Made by a program: the position numbers and the translations under genes. From an uncultured Planctomycetia bacterium (GTDB lineage Bacteria > Omnitrophota > Gorgyraeia > CAYWPX01), in assembly GCA_964460615.1 (NCBI GenBank), contig CAYWPX010000007.1:4313-68312 (forward strand): a DNA stretch of 64,000 nt, given 5' to 3'. Within the stretch, counting starts at the first letter, position 1. Every line of letters starts with the position of its first letter. The notes under the pieces were generated by a model. That model worked only from the letters and a program-made list of their open reading frames with translations, was not told the origin of the DNA and did no database searches. Of the stretch, positions 13,228 through 22,905 are shown piece by piece.

Positions 13228-14144
13228 TACCTCGGTACACTCATAAAAAATGGGATCGTAACAACGCTTACCAAAGTAGTTATAAACACCCCTGAACTGG
13301 CCAAATTAGGATCGCCTCCGAACCGATTAGTGAACATCGGCGTAGTAGAAGCTGACGGCATAGTCGCCTGAAGCATTATAACCGATTTAGTAATGGGGTC
13401 AAGGTCAAAAAATCTAAGTATGATCATTGCCGAAATTGGAGCTAATATAAGACGGCAAAATACAAGGCTAGCCATTACATTAAAATTACTTGATTCCTTA
13501 AACTTTTTCCAATCGCCTAAGATAGCGCCAACCACTAGCATCGCCAATGGGATGGTTATATCCCCCAATAATCTCGATGCTTCCAAAAAAGCTGATGGAA
13601 GTTTTATACAAAATACCCCTACAGCTAACCCTAATAATAGCGATATTGTTCCGCTATTTACCAAATTTTTGACGGGATGTTTATGCGTTTTCCCTGTCTG
13701 GAGCGTCCAGACTCCCAGTGTCCAATAAAGAACATTAAAGCCTATATTAAAAACCACGACCTCAACAACGGCAACTTTTCCAAAAAGCGCATAGGCTATC
13801 GGTATTGCTAAAAATCCGCAATTCGTAAAGCTGACCAGATATATAAAAGTACTTTTCTTATGCCCTTCTAACTTAAGTAATTTTGCCGCTATTGAACCTG
13901 TCAGATATGAGGTTAAAACAAAAAATATGGCAAAAAGCGGTAGCACATAAGCTGATTTTAGCAGTTCAAGGGAGCTTTCCGTAGCCAGAGTATAAAAGTA
14001 TAAAAATGGGAGGGTAATTAATATTACGATCTTGGATAAGCCGCCTACTAGATCATCCGAAATTATGCCCTTTAACTTTGAGAAAACCCCCACAAAAATC
14101 AGTACAAATAGGACGCTTATTCCAGCAAGAACCGATATGAACAT
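13227..14144 (-). CDS. Auxin-efflux-carrier (AEC/Mem_trans) family membrane transporter
   Basis: 305 aa with ~10 TM segments in two halves, typical of the AEC family. Confidence 0.65.
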   Translation of the reverse strand: MFISVLAGISVLFVLIFVGVFSKLKGIISDDLVGGLSKIVILITLPFLYFYTLATESSLELLKSAYVLPLFAIFFVLTSYLTGSIAAKLLKLEGHKKSTFIYLVSFTNCGFLAIPIAYALFGKVAVVEVVVFNIGFNVLYWTLGVWTLQTGKTHKHPVKNLVNSGTISLLLGLAVGVFCIKLPSAFLEASRLLGDITIPLAMLVVGAILGDWKKFKESSNFNVMASLVFCRLILAPISAMIILRFFDLDPITKSVIMLQATMPSASTTPMFTNRFGGDPNLASSGVFITTLVSVVTIPFFMSVPR

Positions 14145-14231
14145 TTTTATCTTATCTATGTTATTCCTTTTTATGGGTACTCTACCCGGAAAAAGGACTA
14201 TTTATATTGGCCGAAACATGACCTATAAATG

Positions 14232-14266
14232 AAAAAAGGTGCTTATTTATTAATAAGACACCTCTT
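14232..14266 (-). terminator. Rho-independent terminator downstream of phoU
   Basis: Minus strand AGGTGTCTTATTAATAAATAAGCACCT hairpin followed by TTTTTTCATTT. Confidence 0.6.
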
Positions 14267-14352
14267 TGTGAAAGTATCAATACGTCTTTGTATCATGAGC
14301 CTATTTTATTAGAAAAAAACGGTTTTGTCAAGTTCAATCATAGGCATGGTTT

Positions 14353-15048
14353 TTAATTTTTGCTGCCGTCTTTATTCTCATTTTTCAGCTCCTCAAGATG
14401 ATGCTTGATGACCCTTGCCTGCACCATATATATGACATCTTCGGCTATGTTTGTGGCATGATCGCATATTCTTTCAAGAAATCTGGCTATCAATAATAAC
14501 GGCACTGCCCTGGTAGCGGTCTTGGCATCTTTTTCCATATAATCATGAATAAGCTCGCTTTGGACCTTATCCCTCAAATTGTCCGCTTCGGGGTCGGTAA
14601 CAAGGACTTTTTTAGCCAGCTCAACATCCTTTCTAATAAAAGATTCTATGGATTCACTTACCATCCTTTGGGCTATCTCAGACAGCCTTGGTATATCTAT
14701 CAGCGGCTTTAGAGGCGGCTCCTTTAAAAGCTCTGCCACCCTTTGGGCAATATCAACTGCGAGATCCGCTATTCTTTCAAGCTCTGCGTTTATCTTCATT
14801 CCGGTAGTGATAAACCTGAGATCAGCCGCCAAAGGCTGCCTTAGAGCAAGATATGTGAGGGACTTCTCCTCAATGACATTTTCAAGCTCGTCAATAAGTT
14901 TGTCGGACTCAATAACATCATTCGCAAGCTTTGGATCCCTATTTTTTAAAGCCTCTACTGCCTTAAATATCGCCTCTTCGCTCAAAGACGCCATTTTAGA
15001 AAGATCTTTATTTATATCACTCAACTCTTCTTCAAAATGTCTTTCCAT
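14353..15048 (-). CDS. phoU: Phosphate signalling complex protein PhoU
   Basis: Two PhoU repeats (DLRFITTGMKINAELERIAD...); last gene of the pst1 operon. Confidence 0.9.
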   Translation of the reverse strand: MERHFEEELSDINKDLSKMASLSEEAIFKAVEALKNRDPKLANDVIESDKLIDELENVIEEKSLTYLALRQPLAADLRFITTGMKINAELERIADLAVDIAQRVAELLKEPPLKPLIDIPRLSEIAQRMVSESIESFIRKDVELAKKVLVTDPEADNLRDKVQSELIHDYMEKDAKTATRAVPLLLIARFLERICDHATNIAEDVIYMVQARVIKHHLEELKNENKDGSKN

Positions 15049-15127
15049 TTTTTTTCTCCCTCTTTAGTAATGAACCGATCTTGACAATTTTTATATATTT
15101 TTTTACAAATCATAAGTTTTTGTTTTT

Positions 15128-15152
15128 CCCCTAACCCCTTAACCCTATCCCC
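15128..15152 (-). repeat. G-quadruplex-forming motif on the coding strand (GGGG-ATA-GGG-TTAA-GGGG-TTA-GGGG) in the pstB1-phoU spacer
   Basis: Four G3-4 tracts with 3-4-nt loops; contains CCCTAA/TTAGGG telomere-like units. Rare in this AT-rich genome. Confidence 0.55.
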
Positions 15153-15161
15153 TACACCTCT

Positions 15162-15914
15162 TTATCCAAATCTTCCCGTAATATACTCCTCGGTCCTCTT
15201 GTCTCGGGGACCTTTAAATATCTCGTCTGTCTTTCCGAATTCAATAAGCTCTCCCATAAGCATAAAACCCGTGTCGTCAGAAACTCTCGCGGCCTGCTGC
15301 ATATTATGGGTAACTATTACTATGGTATAATCCTTTTTTAATTCTCTCATCAATTCTTCGATCCTTCCGGTTGCAATAGGATCGAGAGCCGAACAAGGTT
15401 CATCCATCAGAAGTATATCGGGCTTTACCGCAAGAAGCCTCGCGATACAGAGCCTCTGCTGTTGCTCCAAGGAGAGATTTAGCGCAAAATTATTTAGTTT
15501 ATCTTTAAGGTCATCCCACAAAAGAACGTCTTTTAGGCATTTTTCAACTATTTCGTCATATTCAGATCTTTTATTAATTCTGTGGATCTTCGAAGAAAAG
15601 ATTATATTTTCATATACGGAAATCGGAAAAGGATTCGGCCTCTGAAAAACCATGCCCACCTTTTTTCTTAAATTTATCATGTCTATTGCGGGTCTATATA
15701 TGTCCTCACCCTCAACCAATACTTTTCCATCTATATTTATACCTTCAATAAGGTCATTCATACGGTTAAATACCCGAAGAAGCGTGGACTTCCCGCACCC
15801 GGATGGGCCTATTATAGCGCTGATCCTATTCTTTTCAAAAGCGATATCAACGTCTATAAGCGCGTGGAATTTACCGTAATGAAGATTTAATTTTCTTGTT
15901 TCTATAATTGGCAT
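15162..15914 (-). CDS. pstB: Phosphate ABC transporter ATP-binding protein (copy 1 of a tandem pair)
   Basis: [20 protein letters not shown] Walker A and a PstB signature. Start placed at the internal Met (MPIIETRK); the track N-terminus overlaps upstream pstB. Confidence 0.9.
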   Translation of the reverse strand: MPIIETRKLNLHYGKFHALIDVDIAFEKNRISAIIGPSGCGKSTLLRVFNRMNDLIEGINIDGKVLVEGEDIYRPAIDMINLRKKVGMVFQRPNPFPISVYENIIFSSKIHRINKRSEYDEIVEKCLKDVLLWDDLKDKLNNFALNLSLEQQQRLCIARLLAVKPDILLMDEPCSALDPIATGRIEELMRELKKDYTIVIVTHNMQQAARVSDDTGFMLMGELIEFGKTDEIFKGPRDKRTEEYITGRFG

Positions 15915-15915
15915 T

Positions 15916-16671
15916 TTATCCGAATCTCCCAGATACATAATCTTCAGTCCTCTTATCGGATGGGCTTGTAAAGATCTTGTCCGTCTTATCTATCTCTATA
16001 AGTTCCCCCATCAGAAAAAATGCGGTTCTATCACTTACTCTTGCCGCTTGCTTTACATTATTCGTTACAAGAACTATCGTATAATCTTTTTTAAGCTTTA
16101 TCATCGCCTCTTCAACTTTGGCAGTTGATATCGGATCGAGTCCCGAGCACGGTTCATCAAAAAGTATGACCTCGGGATTTACAGCTAAGGTTCTAGCGAT
16201 GCAGAGCCTCTGCTGCTGGCCGCCCGATAACTGCAGAGCGGATGAATCAAGCCTCTTATTGACCTCTTCCCATAAATACGCTTCTTTAAGGCTTTTTTCA
16301 ACTATCTCCTCAAGCTTATTTATATTTGAAATGCCATGCATCCTCGGCCCGTAAGAAATATTATCAAAAATAGACATAGGAAGCGGAGCCGGTAAAGCAA
16401 AAACCATGCCTATCCTTTTTCTTAAAATATTAGGTTTTATACTGGAAAAAATATCTTCGTTATCAAGATACACCTTGCCGTTAATTCTAAAATTAGGCAC
16501 AAGGTCGTTAAGGCGGTTCAGCGTTCTTAGGAATGTGGTTTTTCCGCTATTCGCAGGGCCAATAACCCCGAGAATCTCATTTTTTTGTATATCGATATTA
16601 ACATTCTTTACGGCCTCGGCCTTGCCAAACCATATATTTAAAGATTCTGTTTTTATTTTAATATTATCCAT
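15916..16671 (-). CDS. pstB: Phosphate ABC transporter ATP-binding protein (copy 2 of a tandem pair)
   Basis: GPANSGKTTFLRTLNRLNDL; [13 protein letters not shown]. Confidence 0.9.
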   Translation of the reverse strand: MDNIKIKTESLNIWFGKAEAVKNVNIDIQKNEILGVIGPANSGKTTFLRTLNRLNDLVPNFRINGKVYLDNEDIFSSIKPNILRKRIGMVFALPAPLPMSIFDNISYGPRMHGISNINKLEEIVEKSLKEAYLWEEVNKRLDSSALQLSGGQQQRLCIARTLAVNPEVILFDEPCSGLDPISTAKVEEAMIKLKKDYTIVLVTNNVKQAARVSDRTAFFLMGELIEIDKTDKIFTSPSDKRTEDYVSGRFG

Positions 16672-16674
16672 ATT

Positions 16675-17523
16675 TTACCACTTCTTTTTCTTTCTGAAAT
16701 GTGACCTTATAACAATTGCGACTATATTCATAATAAGCACCATCGCCACCAGTACCAAAGCTGTCCCATAACGCATCTCAAGTTTGATATTAGGAATCTG
16801 CGTCGAAATAGCATAAAGGTGATACGGCAAAGCCATTGCCTGGTCAAAAATAGATTTCGGCAGGCTCGGAAGATAAAATGCAGCGACCGTAAAAAGTATA
16901 GGCGCAGCCTCACCGGCGATCCTGGCAACGCTTAAAATAGTCCCTGTTAAGATCCCGGGGACCGCATAGGGCAAAACCGCAAATCTGACGGTCTGCCATT
17001 TTGTCGCACCCAATGACAAGCTGACTTCTCTGAAAGACTGCGGTACAGTTTTCAGGGCTTCCCTGGAAGTTGTTATTATGACAGGAAGCGCCATTATAGC
17101 AAGCGTCAATGACCCAGAAAGTATTGAAGCGCCGAACTTAAAAAATATTACAAATATACCCAGACCAAAAAGTCCATAGACGACAGATGGAACACCAGCA
17201 AGGTTTATTATGGCAAGCTTTATAACTCTTGTAAAAAGATTCTCTTTTCCATACTCCGATAAATATACGGCCGCCAATAACCCCAATGGAAGCGCCACAA
17301 GAAGTGACCCGGTAACGAGATAAATAGTACCTAAAATTGCCGGGAAAATTCCGCCCGATCGCATGCCATCTTTTGGCATAGCGGTCAAGAACTCCCAGCT
17401 TATCGCGGGAAGCCCTTTATCAACAATAATATAAAGAATCAATATGACAGGTAATATAACGATTATCGCCGACAAAAATAAAAACACAAATGCTATGCGC
17501 TGGGTATATCTTTGGTTTAACAT
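16675..17523 (-). CDS. pstA: Phosphate ABC transporter permease PstA
   Basis: 6-TM permease with an EAA-type loop; position in the operon. Confidence 0.88.
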   Translation of the reverse strand: MLNQRYTQRIAFVFLFLSAIIVILPVILILYIIVDKGLPAISWEFLTAMPKDGMRSGGIFPAILGTIYLVTGSLLVALPLGLLAAVYLSEYGKENLFTRVIKLAIINLAGVPSVVYGLFGLGIFVIFFKFGASILSGSLTLAIMALPVIITTSREALKTVPQSFREVSLSLGATKWQTVRFAVLPYAVPGILTGTILSVARIAGEAAPILFTVAAFYLPSLPKSIFDQAMALPYHLYAISTQIPNIKLEMRYGTALVLVAMVLIMNIVAIVIRSHFRKKKKW

Positions 17524-18401
17524 TATTGTCTTGTCCTATGCAAAAATAGATCCGCTAAAAAATTTATTACAAAGGTTATTATAAATAACACTATTCCTAT
17601 AGCAAATAGCGACATATAATGGTCGCTTCCCAACACCGTCTCACCCATTTCAGAAGCAATTGTCGCGGTCATGGTCCTCACGGGCTCCAAAAAAGTCTGT
17701 GGTATAAGCGCAGCGTTACCGGTAACCATCATTACAGCCATAGTCTCACCGATAACCCTACCGATCCCAAGCATACTAGCCGCAATTATTCCGGGAAACG
17801 CCGCATGGAGGATTACCCTATGCATCATCTGCCACTTTGTAGCACCCAATGCGATAGCGCCTTCCCTGAAGTTTTTTGGAACAGCGGTTATAGCATCCTC
17901 GGCAATACTTACAATTGTGGGCATAGCCATAAAAGCAAGAAGTATGGATCCGGAAAGAGCCGTTAGGCCTGTGGGGATATCAAATACTTTTTTTATAAAA
18001 GGCACGAGTGTTATCATGCCTACAAACCCGATTACTACACTTGGTATGGCAGCCAATAGTTCTACTAATGATTTTAATATGTCTCTTATTCCTTTTGGGC
18101 AGACTTCAGCCAGATAAAAAGCGCACAAAACACCTATGGGGACTGAGATGATACTCGCTCCGAGAGTAACAATAAGAGATCCTAAAATTAATGGTAAAAT
18201 ACCGAACTTTGGAGGATCAGAGATGGGATACCAGTATTTTCCCCCCAAAAAATCCATAACATTATTATGCTTAAAAAATCCAAGCCCGTCTTTCAGAAGA
18301 AAGATAAATATCAGAATAACAAAAAATATCGTTATGCCGCCTGAGACAAAGATAAGCTTTTCTATAACAAATTCTTTAAATGTCTTTATCTTTTCATTCA
18401 T
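17523..18401 (-). CDS. pstC: Phosphate ABC transporter permease PstC
   Basis: PstC-type permease; 1-nt ATGA overlap with pstA. Confidence 0.88.
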   Translation of the reverse strand: MNEKIKTFKEFVIEKLIFVSGGITIFFVILIFIFLLKDGLGFFKHNNVMDFLGGKYWYPISDPPKFGILPLILGSLIVTLGASIISVPIGVLCAFYLAEVCPKGIRDILKSLVELLAAIPSVVIGFVGMITLVPFIKKVFDIPTGLTALSGSILLAFMAMPTIVSIAEDAITAVPKNFREGAIALGATKWQMMHRVILHAAFPGIIAASMLGIGRVIGETMAVMMVTGNAALIPQTFLEPVRTMTATIASEMGETVLGSDHYMSLFAIGIVLFIITFVINFLADLFLHRTRQ

Positions 18402-18467
18402 CTTATAAATGTTTTGTTTCCCTGCTAATTATTAACCATCTACTATTATAAAAATCTTTAGCTTTTA

Positions 18468-18497
18468 ACTTGTGACCTGTGACTTGCGACCTGTGAC
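18468..18497. repeat. Four tandem heptamers (ACTTGTG ACCTGTG ACTTGCG ACCTGTG) in the pstS1-pstC1 spacer
   Basis: Same AC(T/C)TG(T/C)(G/A) x4 motif recurs at 54012-54039. Confidence 0.6.
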
Positions 18498-18510
18498 AAT
18501 ATTCTATAAT

Positions 18511-19368
18511 CTATTTCACCGGTACAAAATCAATCTTTTTTACAATCTCCTGGCCTTCTTTGGAAAATATAAAATCCATAAAACTTTTTATTACCCCTTT
18601 AGGCTCACCATTCGTATACATAAATAGAGGCCTTGAAATAGGATAGTCTCCGCTTATAATATTTTCCGCCGTAGGTTCGTAATAATCTGAGTTTGTATCC
18701 TTAGCGACCGCTATAGTCTTTTCATTTGGGTTTGTGTACCCCATTCCAAAATATCCTATTGCATTAGAATTTTGAGAAACCTCATCGGCTATTGCCTGAG
18801 ACGACGGCATGAGAAGCGCTCCGGGATAAAATTCTTCGGGGTTCTTTGGGTTACCCTGCCTTAGAACATGTTCTTTAAAGAATAGATGCGTCCCTGAGTT
18901 TACTTCTCTGGATAATATTACAATTCCTTTTTTATCCCCTCCAAGACCTTTCCAGTTCCTTATGTTACCCATAAAAATATCCCTAAGCTGGCCAATGGTA
19001 AGCTTTGAGATAGGGTTTTCCTGGTTGACCACTATTGCTATTCCATCTAAAGCAACCTTAAACTCTTTAGGTTCGACGCCATTTTTTTTAGCGCTTTCAA
19101 TTTCTTTATCTGTCATAGCTCTTGAAGTTGTAGCAATATCGCAAGTTCCGTTAATTAAAGAAGCTATTCCGGTGCCGGAGCCGCCACCTGTTACAGCGAC
19201 ATTGATCCCCGGATTTAACCTTGTAAACTCCTCAGCCCACGCCTGACCCAGGTTCACTATCGTATCGGAGCCTTTTATCTGTATTGAATTATTATTTTCG
19301 GCGTACGAATTCCCGGATATAAAAAAAACAGAAAAGATGACGACGCACACTAATAACTTCTTTATCAT
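18511..19368 (-). CDS. pstS: Phosphate-binding protein PstS
   Basis: Signal peptide plus a PBP fold (TGGGSGTGIASLINGTCDIATTSRAM). Start at the internal Met (MIKKLL), which has a strong AAAGGAGA RBS. Confidence 0.88.
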   Translation of the reverse strand: MIKKLLVCVVIFSVFFISGNSYAENNNSIQIKGSDTIVNLGQAWAEEFTRLNPGINVAVTGGGSGTGIASLINGTCDIATTSRAMTDKEIESAKKNGVEPKEFKVALDGIAIVVNQENPISKLTIGQLRDIFMGNIRNWKGLGGDKKGIVILSREVNSGTHLFFKEHVLRQGNPKNPEEFYPGALLMPSSQAIADEVSQNSNAIGYFGMGYTNPNEKTIAVAKDTNSDYYEPTAENIISGDYPISRPLFMYTNGEPKGVIKSFMDFIFSKEGQEIVKKIDFVPVK

Positions 19369-19392
19369 TATATCTCCTTTAACGGGTAACAA

Positions 19393-19812
19393 TTATTTAA
19401 TTTGTTTCAATATGAAGTTAATTTTTCGAGGCAAAGGAAAATTGCCGCTAAGTAACTGGGTTTCCGTTCTAAATCTTGCATCAGGCGGGATAGCAACAAC
19501 GGATACAAGATCATCCTTCGCTAATCTGCCGCTATAAGTATAGGTAATAGGGGTTAACCCAATAGATTTATCCCCCCACTTAACCTCAACATCAGAAGGT
19601 ACTGAAGTAATCTCTACATTATACCGATTATATTCATAGATCATATCGTTATCTACTGAGAAACTATTCACCGGAGTTTTGGATATTTGCAATTTTTCAA
19701 TGCCTTCAAATGAATGGGAAACGGTCTGAAGAATGTTTGAATCCCTCCTTGAATAAGGATCGGCACACCCGGCAATTAATAAAAGAAGGGTTAATACAAA
19801 AAATATTCTCAT
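19393..19812 (-). CDS. Hypothetical lipoprotein
   Basis: Lipobox LLIAGC; 139 aa; directly upstream of pstS in the same transcription unit. Confidence 0.5.
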   Translation of the reverse strand: MRIFFVLTLLLLIAGCADPYSRRDSNILQTVSHSFEGIEKLQISKTPVNSFSVDNDMIYEYNRYNVEITSVPSDVEVKWGDKSIGLTPITYTYSGRLAKDDLVSVVAIPPDARFRTETQLLSGNFPLPRKINFILKQIK

Positions 19813-19835
19813 GAATGCCTCTTAATATTGAGTCT

Positions 19836-19864
19836 TTTATATCACAGCTATTTTAAAAAGTCAA
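19836..19864 (-). promoter_or_regulatory. Sigma-70-like promoter for the lipoprotein-pstS1 operon
   Basis: Minus strand -35 TTGACT, 17-nt spacer, -10 TATAAA, then AAGAGG RBS. An adjacent TTAACC-N5-TTGACT arrangement loosely resembles PhoP-type TTHACA direct repeats. Confidence 0.55.
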
Positions 19865-19902
19865 CTTATGGTTAAAGCAAAGAGATCTTCCTTCTACCTA
19901 TG

Positions 19903-20295
19903 CTAACTTTTGAGTTTTTTCAAAAATTCTTTTATTTGCTTTTTTATGTCATCTCTGACTTTTCTAAAAAAATCGATATCCTTGCCTTTTGGATCAGCTA
20001 TCTTCCAATCAATGTATTCTTTTGCCGGAAAAAACGGACAGACATCACTGCAGCCAAGTGTAATAACATAATCAAACTCTTTTATCTTTAAATCATTAAA
20101 ACTTTTTGATGTATTTGATGCAATGTCCAAACCAAGTTCTTTCATAACTGTTATCGCATTGGGATTTACCATTCCGGAAGGTTTCGATCCGGCGCTAAAT
20201 GCTTCTACTCGCCATTTTCCATAAAAATTCGCCAAAGATTCAGCCATTTGGCTCCTACATGAATTTTCAACGCACACAAACAATACTCTTTTCAT
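19903..20295 (-). CDS. arsC: Arsenate reductase, thioredoxin-coupled LMW-PTP type (ArsC)
   Basis: CVENSCRSQMAE P-loop (CX5R), downstream ITLGCSDVCP cysteine pair, and ...FFRKVRDDIKKQIKEF. Alignable along its length to Bacillus/Staphylococcus ArsC. Confidence 0.8.
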   Translation of the reverse strand: MKRVLFVCVENSCRSQMAESLANFYGKWRVEAFSAGSKPSGMVNPNAITVMKELGLDIASNTSKSFNDLKIKEFDYVITLGCSDVCPFFPAKEYIDWKIADPKGKDIDFFRKVRDDIKKQIKEFLKKLKS

Positions 20296-20318
20296 AAAAC
20301 TTCCTTTGTATAATAGTT

Positions 20319-21080
20319 TTATCCAAACCTGCCTGTAATATAGTCTTCAGTCCTTTTGTCGCAGGGAGCAGTAAAAATCTGCTGGGTTTTCCCGAACTCT
20401 AACAATTCTCCCAAAAAGAAAAAACCGGTATAGTCCGAAACCCTTGTCGCCTGTTGCATATTGTGAGTAACGATAACTATAGTATAATCGCTCTTCAACT
20501 CCATTATCAGCTCTTCGATCCTACTGGTAGAGATCGGATCCAAGCTCGCGCAAGGTTCATCAAAAAGAATTACTTCTGGTTCTACCGCCAGGCACCTTGC
20601 AATACAAAGTCTCTGTTGCTGGCCTCCTGAAAGCTTAAGAGCACTATCCTTGAGCCTGTCTTTTACTTCTTCCCATAAAGCGGCTTTTTTTAAAGAACTT
20701 ATTACTTTTTCTTCAATAATTTTCCTATCTTTGATCCCATTAACTTCAAGCCCATAAGCGACATTTTCAAAGATATTCTTCGGAAATGGATTAGGCTTCT
20801 GAAAAACCATCCCTACTCTACGCCTTAAGTCAACTACATCTAAAGACGCATCAAATATATCTTTTCCATCCAGATAAATATTTCCTTTTAAGTATGTATG
20901 CGGTACCATGTCGTTCATCCTGTTAAGAATCCTGATGAAAGTCGATTTGCCGCACCCTGAAGGCCCAATTATAGCAGTGACACAATTTTCAAAAATATTA
21001 ACGTTAATATTTTTTAAAGCATGCGCTTTACCATAATAAAAATCGAGATTTTCAGCCTTAATTTTAACTACTCTAATCAT
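20319..21080 (-). CDS. pstB: Phosphate ABC transporter ATP-binding protein (second operon)
   Basis: [20 protein letters not shown]. Start at the internal Met (MIRVVKIK); the track N-terminus overlaps pstA2. Confidence 0.9.
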   Translation of the reverse strand: MIRVVKIKAENLDFYYGKAHALKNINVNIFENCVTAIIGPSGCGKSTFIRILNRMNDMVPHTYLKGNIYLDGKDIFDASLDVVDLRRRVGMVFQKPNPFPKNIFENVAYGLEVNGIKDRKIIEEKVISSLKKAALWEEVKDRLKDSALKLSGGQQQRLCIARCLAVEPEVILFDEPCASLDPISTSRIEELIMELKSDYTIVIVTHNMQQATRVSDYTGFFFLGELLEFGKTQQIFTAPCDKRTEDYITGRFG

Positions 21081-21987
21081 TTTGACTCCTATTTCTTTGA
21101 CGTAAAAATATCGCCAAACCACTGATACACAATACCAGCACCAATAACACCAATGCGCAACCATATGCAATAGCAATCTGCTTATCCGGATGAGTACCTT
21201 CCGTCATAAGCGCATATATGTGATAAGGTAACGCCATAGCCTCTGAAAAAATAGAATCCGGATATCCTTTCATATAAAATGCTGCTGCCGTAAAAATAAT
21301 AGGTGCTGTCTCTCCTGCGATTCTTCCTATGCTTAATATTACTCCTGTCAATATTCCTGGAAGGGCCGCAGGGATTACGATCCTTTTAATGGTAGTCCAA
21401 TGAGATGCTCCGAGTGATAACGATGCCTCTCTTAAAGAATGAGGTACAAGCGTAAGGGCTTCCTGGGAACTTGCAATAATCATTGGAAGAGCCATAATCC
21501 CAAGCGTTAAACTTCCGGATAAGATACTTACTCCGAATTTAAAAAATTTTACAAACACCGCTAAGCCAAAAAGGCCGAATACTACCGAAGGCACCCCTGC
21601 AAGATTGGTTATGGACATCCTTAAAATATTAACAACATGGCCTTTTGGGCTGTATTCCGAGAGGTATATAGCGCACGCTAAACCTAAAGGAAGCGCAAAT
21701 AAAATTGCTCCCATTGTAAGATAGATTGTCCCTACGATTGCCGGGGCAATACCTCCGGCTGTCATGCCTTTTCTTGGAACTTCCAAAAGAAAATCAAGCG
21801 AAATAACACTCACTCCTTTAAAAGAGATGAAATATATGATAGTCCCAAGAAAAAAAAGCGTGGTTACCATACTTAGAAATAAAAGCAAAAAACCTAGGTT
21901 TTGTGAAATATGTCTCTTCTTCATAAGGCTACCCGTGCATTCCAAGTTTGATCCTAAAATTCCTGGAGATAAGTTCTGCGACCACAT
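21073..21987 (-). CDS. pstA: Phosphate ABC transporter permease PstA (second operon)
   Basis: Paralogue of 16675..17523. The true start may be the internal MKKRHIS (~21924). Confidence 0.85.
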   Translation of the reverse strand: MWSQNLSPGILGSNLECTGSLMKKRHISQNLGFLLLFLSMVTTLFFLGTIIYFISFKGVSVISLDFLLEVPRKGMTAGGIAPAIVGTIYLTMGAILFALPLGLACAIYLSEYSPKGHVVNILRMSITNLAGVPSVVFGLFGLAVFVKFFKFGVSILSGSLTLGIMALPMIIASSQEALTLVPHSLREASLSLGASHWTTIKRIVIPAALPGILTGVILSIGRIAGETAPIIFTAAAFYMKGYPDSIFSEAMALPYHIYALMTEGTHPDKQIAIAYGCALVLLVLVLCISGLAIFLRQRNRSQND

Positions 21988-22819
21988 TAAAAAGAAACGT
22001 CATTAAAAATAGGATCAGCGCTATGGCAAATAAGGCATTATAGTGAAGGCTGCCCATTACAGCCTCCCCCATTTCCGCCGCAATTGTTGAAGTCATAGGC
22101 CTAACCGGCTCAAAAAAAGTTGTTGGAATTACTGCCGCTCCTCCCGATACCATCAATACTGTCATGGTTTCACCTATGGCCCTACTCATACCCAAAATAA
22201 TTGCAGTCGATATCCCGGATCCCGCAGCGGGAATAACTACCTTAACAAGTGTTTTCCATCTGTTGGCTCCAAGCGCAAAAGATGCTTCACGAAAACTTCT
22301 CGGAACGCAATTAAGCGCATCTTCGGCGATACTACATACAGTTGGAGTAGCCATTATGCCAAGAACTAAACTTGCTGTAAAAGCGCATAATCCCGTAGAA
22401 AGATGGAGCGCCTTCTGCAGAAAGGGAGCCGCTATGACCATCCCAAAAAAACCATAGACAACCGATGGTATGCTTGCTAAAAGCTCAATAAGCGGCTTTA
22501 GTATCATTTTTTGCTTAATTCCCGCTAGCTCATTTAAATATAATGCGCTTCCAACCCCCAAAGGCACACACACAAAAAGCGCCCCACTTGTAACCCAGAT
22601 AGATGCCCATATGATCGGTAAAATGCCGAACTCTGCATCTTCATGCGTAGGATACCAGGTCTTTCCAAAAAGAAAATCAGTCATTTTGACTGCCTTAAAT
22701 AAAGGAAAGCTTTCTCGAAAAAGAAGGACCATTATACCTACCAAGAATAATAAAGATGCAAAAGCCAAACATGCAAATATCCACTCATATATCTTTTCTT
22801 TAATTTTAACTTTTTTCAT
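21929..22819 (-). CDS. pstC: Phosphate ABC transporter permease PstC (second operon)
   Basis: Paralogue of pstC. Start at the internal MKKVKIK (22819), just downstream of a terminator-like hairpin. Confidence 0.85.
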   Translation of the reverse strand: MKKVKIKEKIYEWIFACLAFASLLFLVGIMVLLFRESFPLFKAVKMTDFLFGKTWYPTHEDAEFGILPIIWASIWVTSGALFVCVPLGVGSALYLNELAGIKQKMILKPLIELLASIPSVVYGFFGMVIAAPFLQKALHLSTGLCAFTASLVLGIMATPTVCSIAEDALNCVPRSFREASFALGANRWKTLVKVVIPAAGSGISTAIILGMSRAIGETMTVLMVSGGAAVIPTTFFEPVRPMTSTIAAEMGEAVMGSLHYNALFAIALILFLMTFLFNVVAELISRNFRIKLGMHG

Positions 22820-22833
22820 AATTTTTAAATTTG

Positions 22834-22868
22834 AAAAGGGAGGGTGAAAATGATTGCTTCCCTCCCCC
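22834..22868 (-). terminator. Intercistronic attenuator hairpin between pstS2 and pstC2
   Basis: Minus strand GGGGGAGGG-N15-CCCTCCC followed by TTTTCAAATTT, immediately upstream of the preferred pstC2 start. Confidence 0.6.
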
Positions 22869-22905
22869 GGCAATCCTTATATATCAAAATATTGTCAATA
22901 GTGCT

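Noticed and set aside
15916-15939. Apparent 1-nt discrepancy between my manual base indexing and the ORF-track coordinates around the pstB1/pstB2 junction
   Set aside because: Track ORF lengths are self-consistent multiples of three, so I used track coordinates and codon arithmetic. Motif coordinates I located by eye may therefore be off by 1-2 nt.
22819-22873. 18-aa N-terminal extension of pstC2 (MPGEGSNHFHPPFSNLKI)
   Set aside because: It spans the GGGAGGG/CCCTCCC terminator-like hairpin. The internal start MKKVKIK just downstream is preferred. Similar trimming applied to pstS1, pstS2, porin, pstB1, pstB3 and the secreted proteins.
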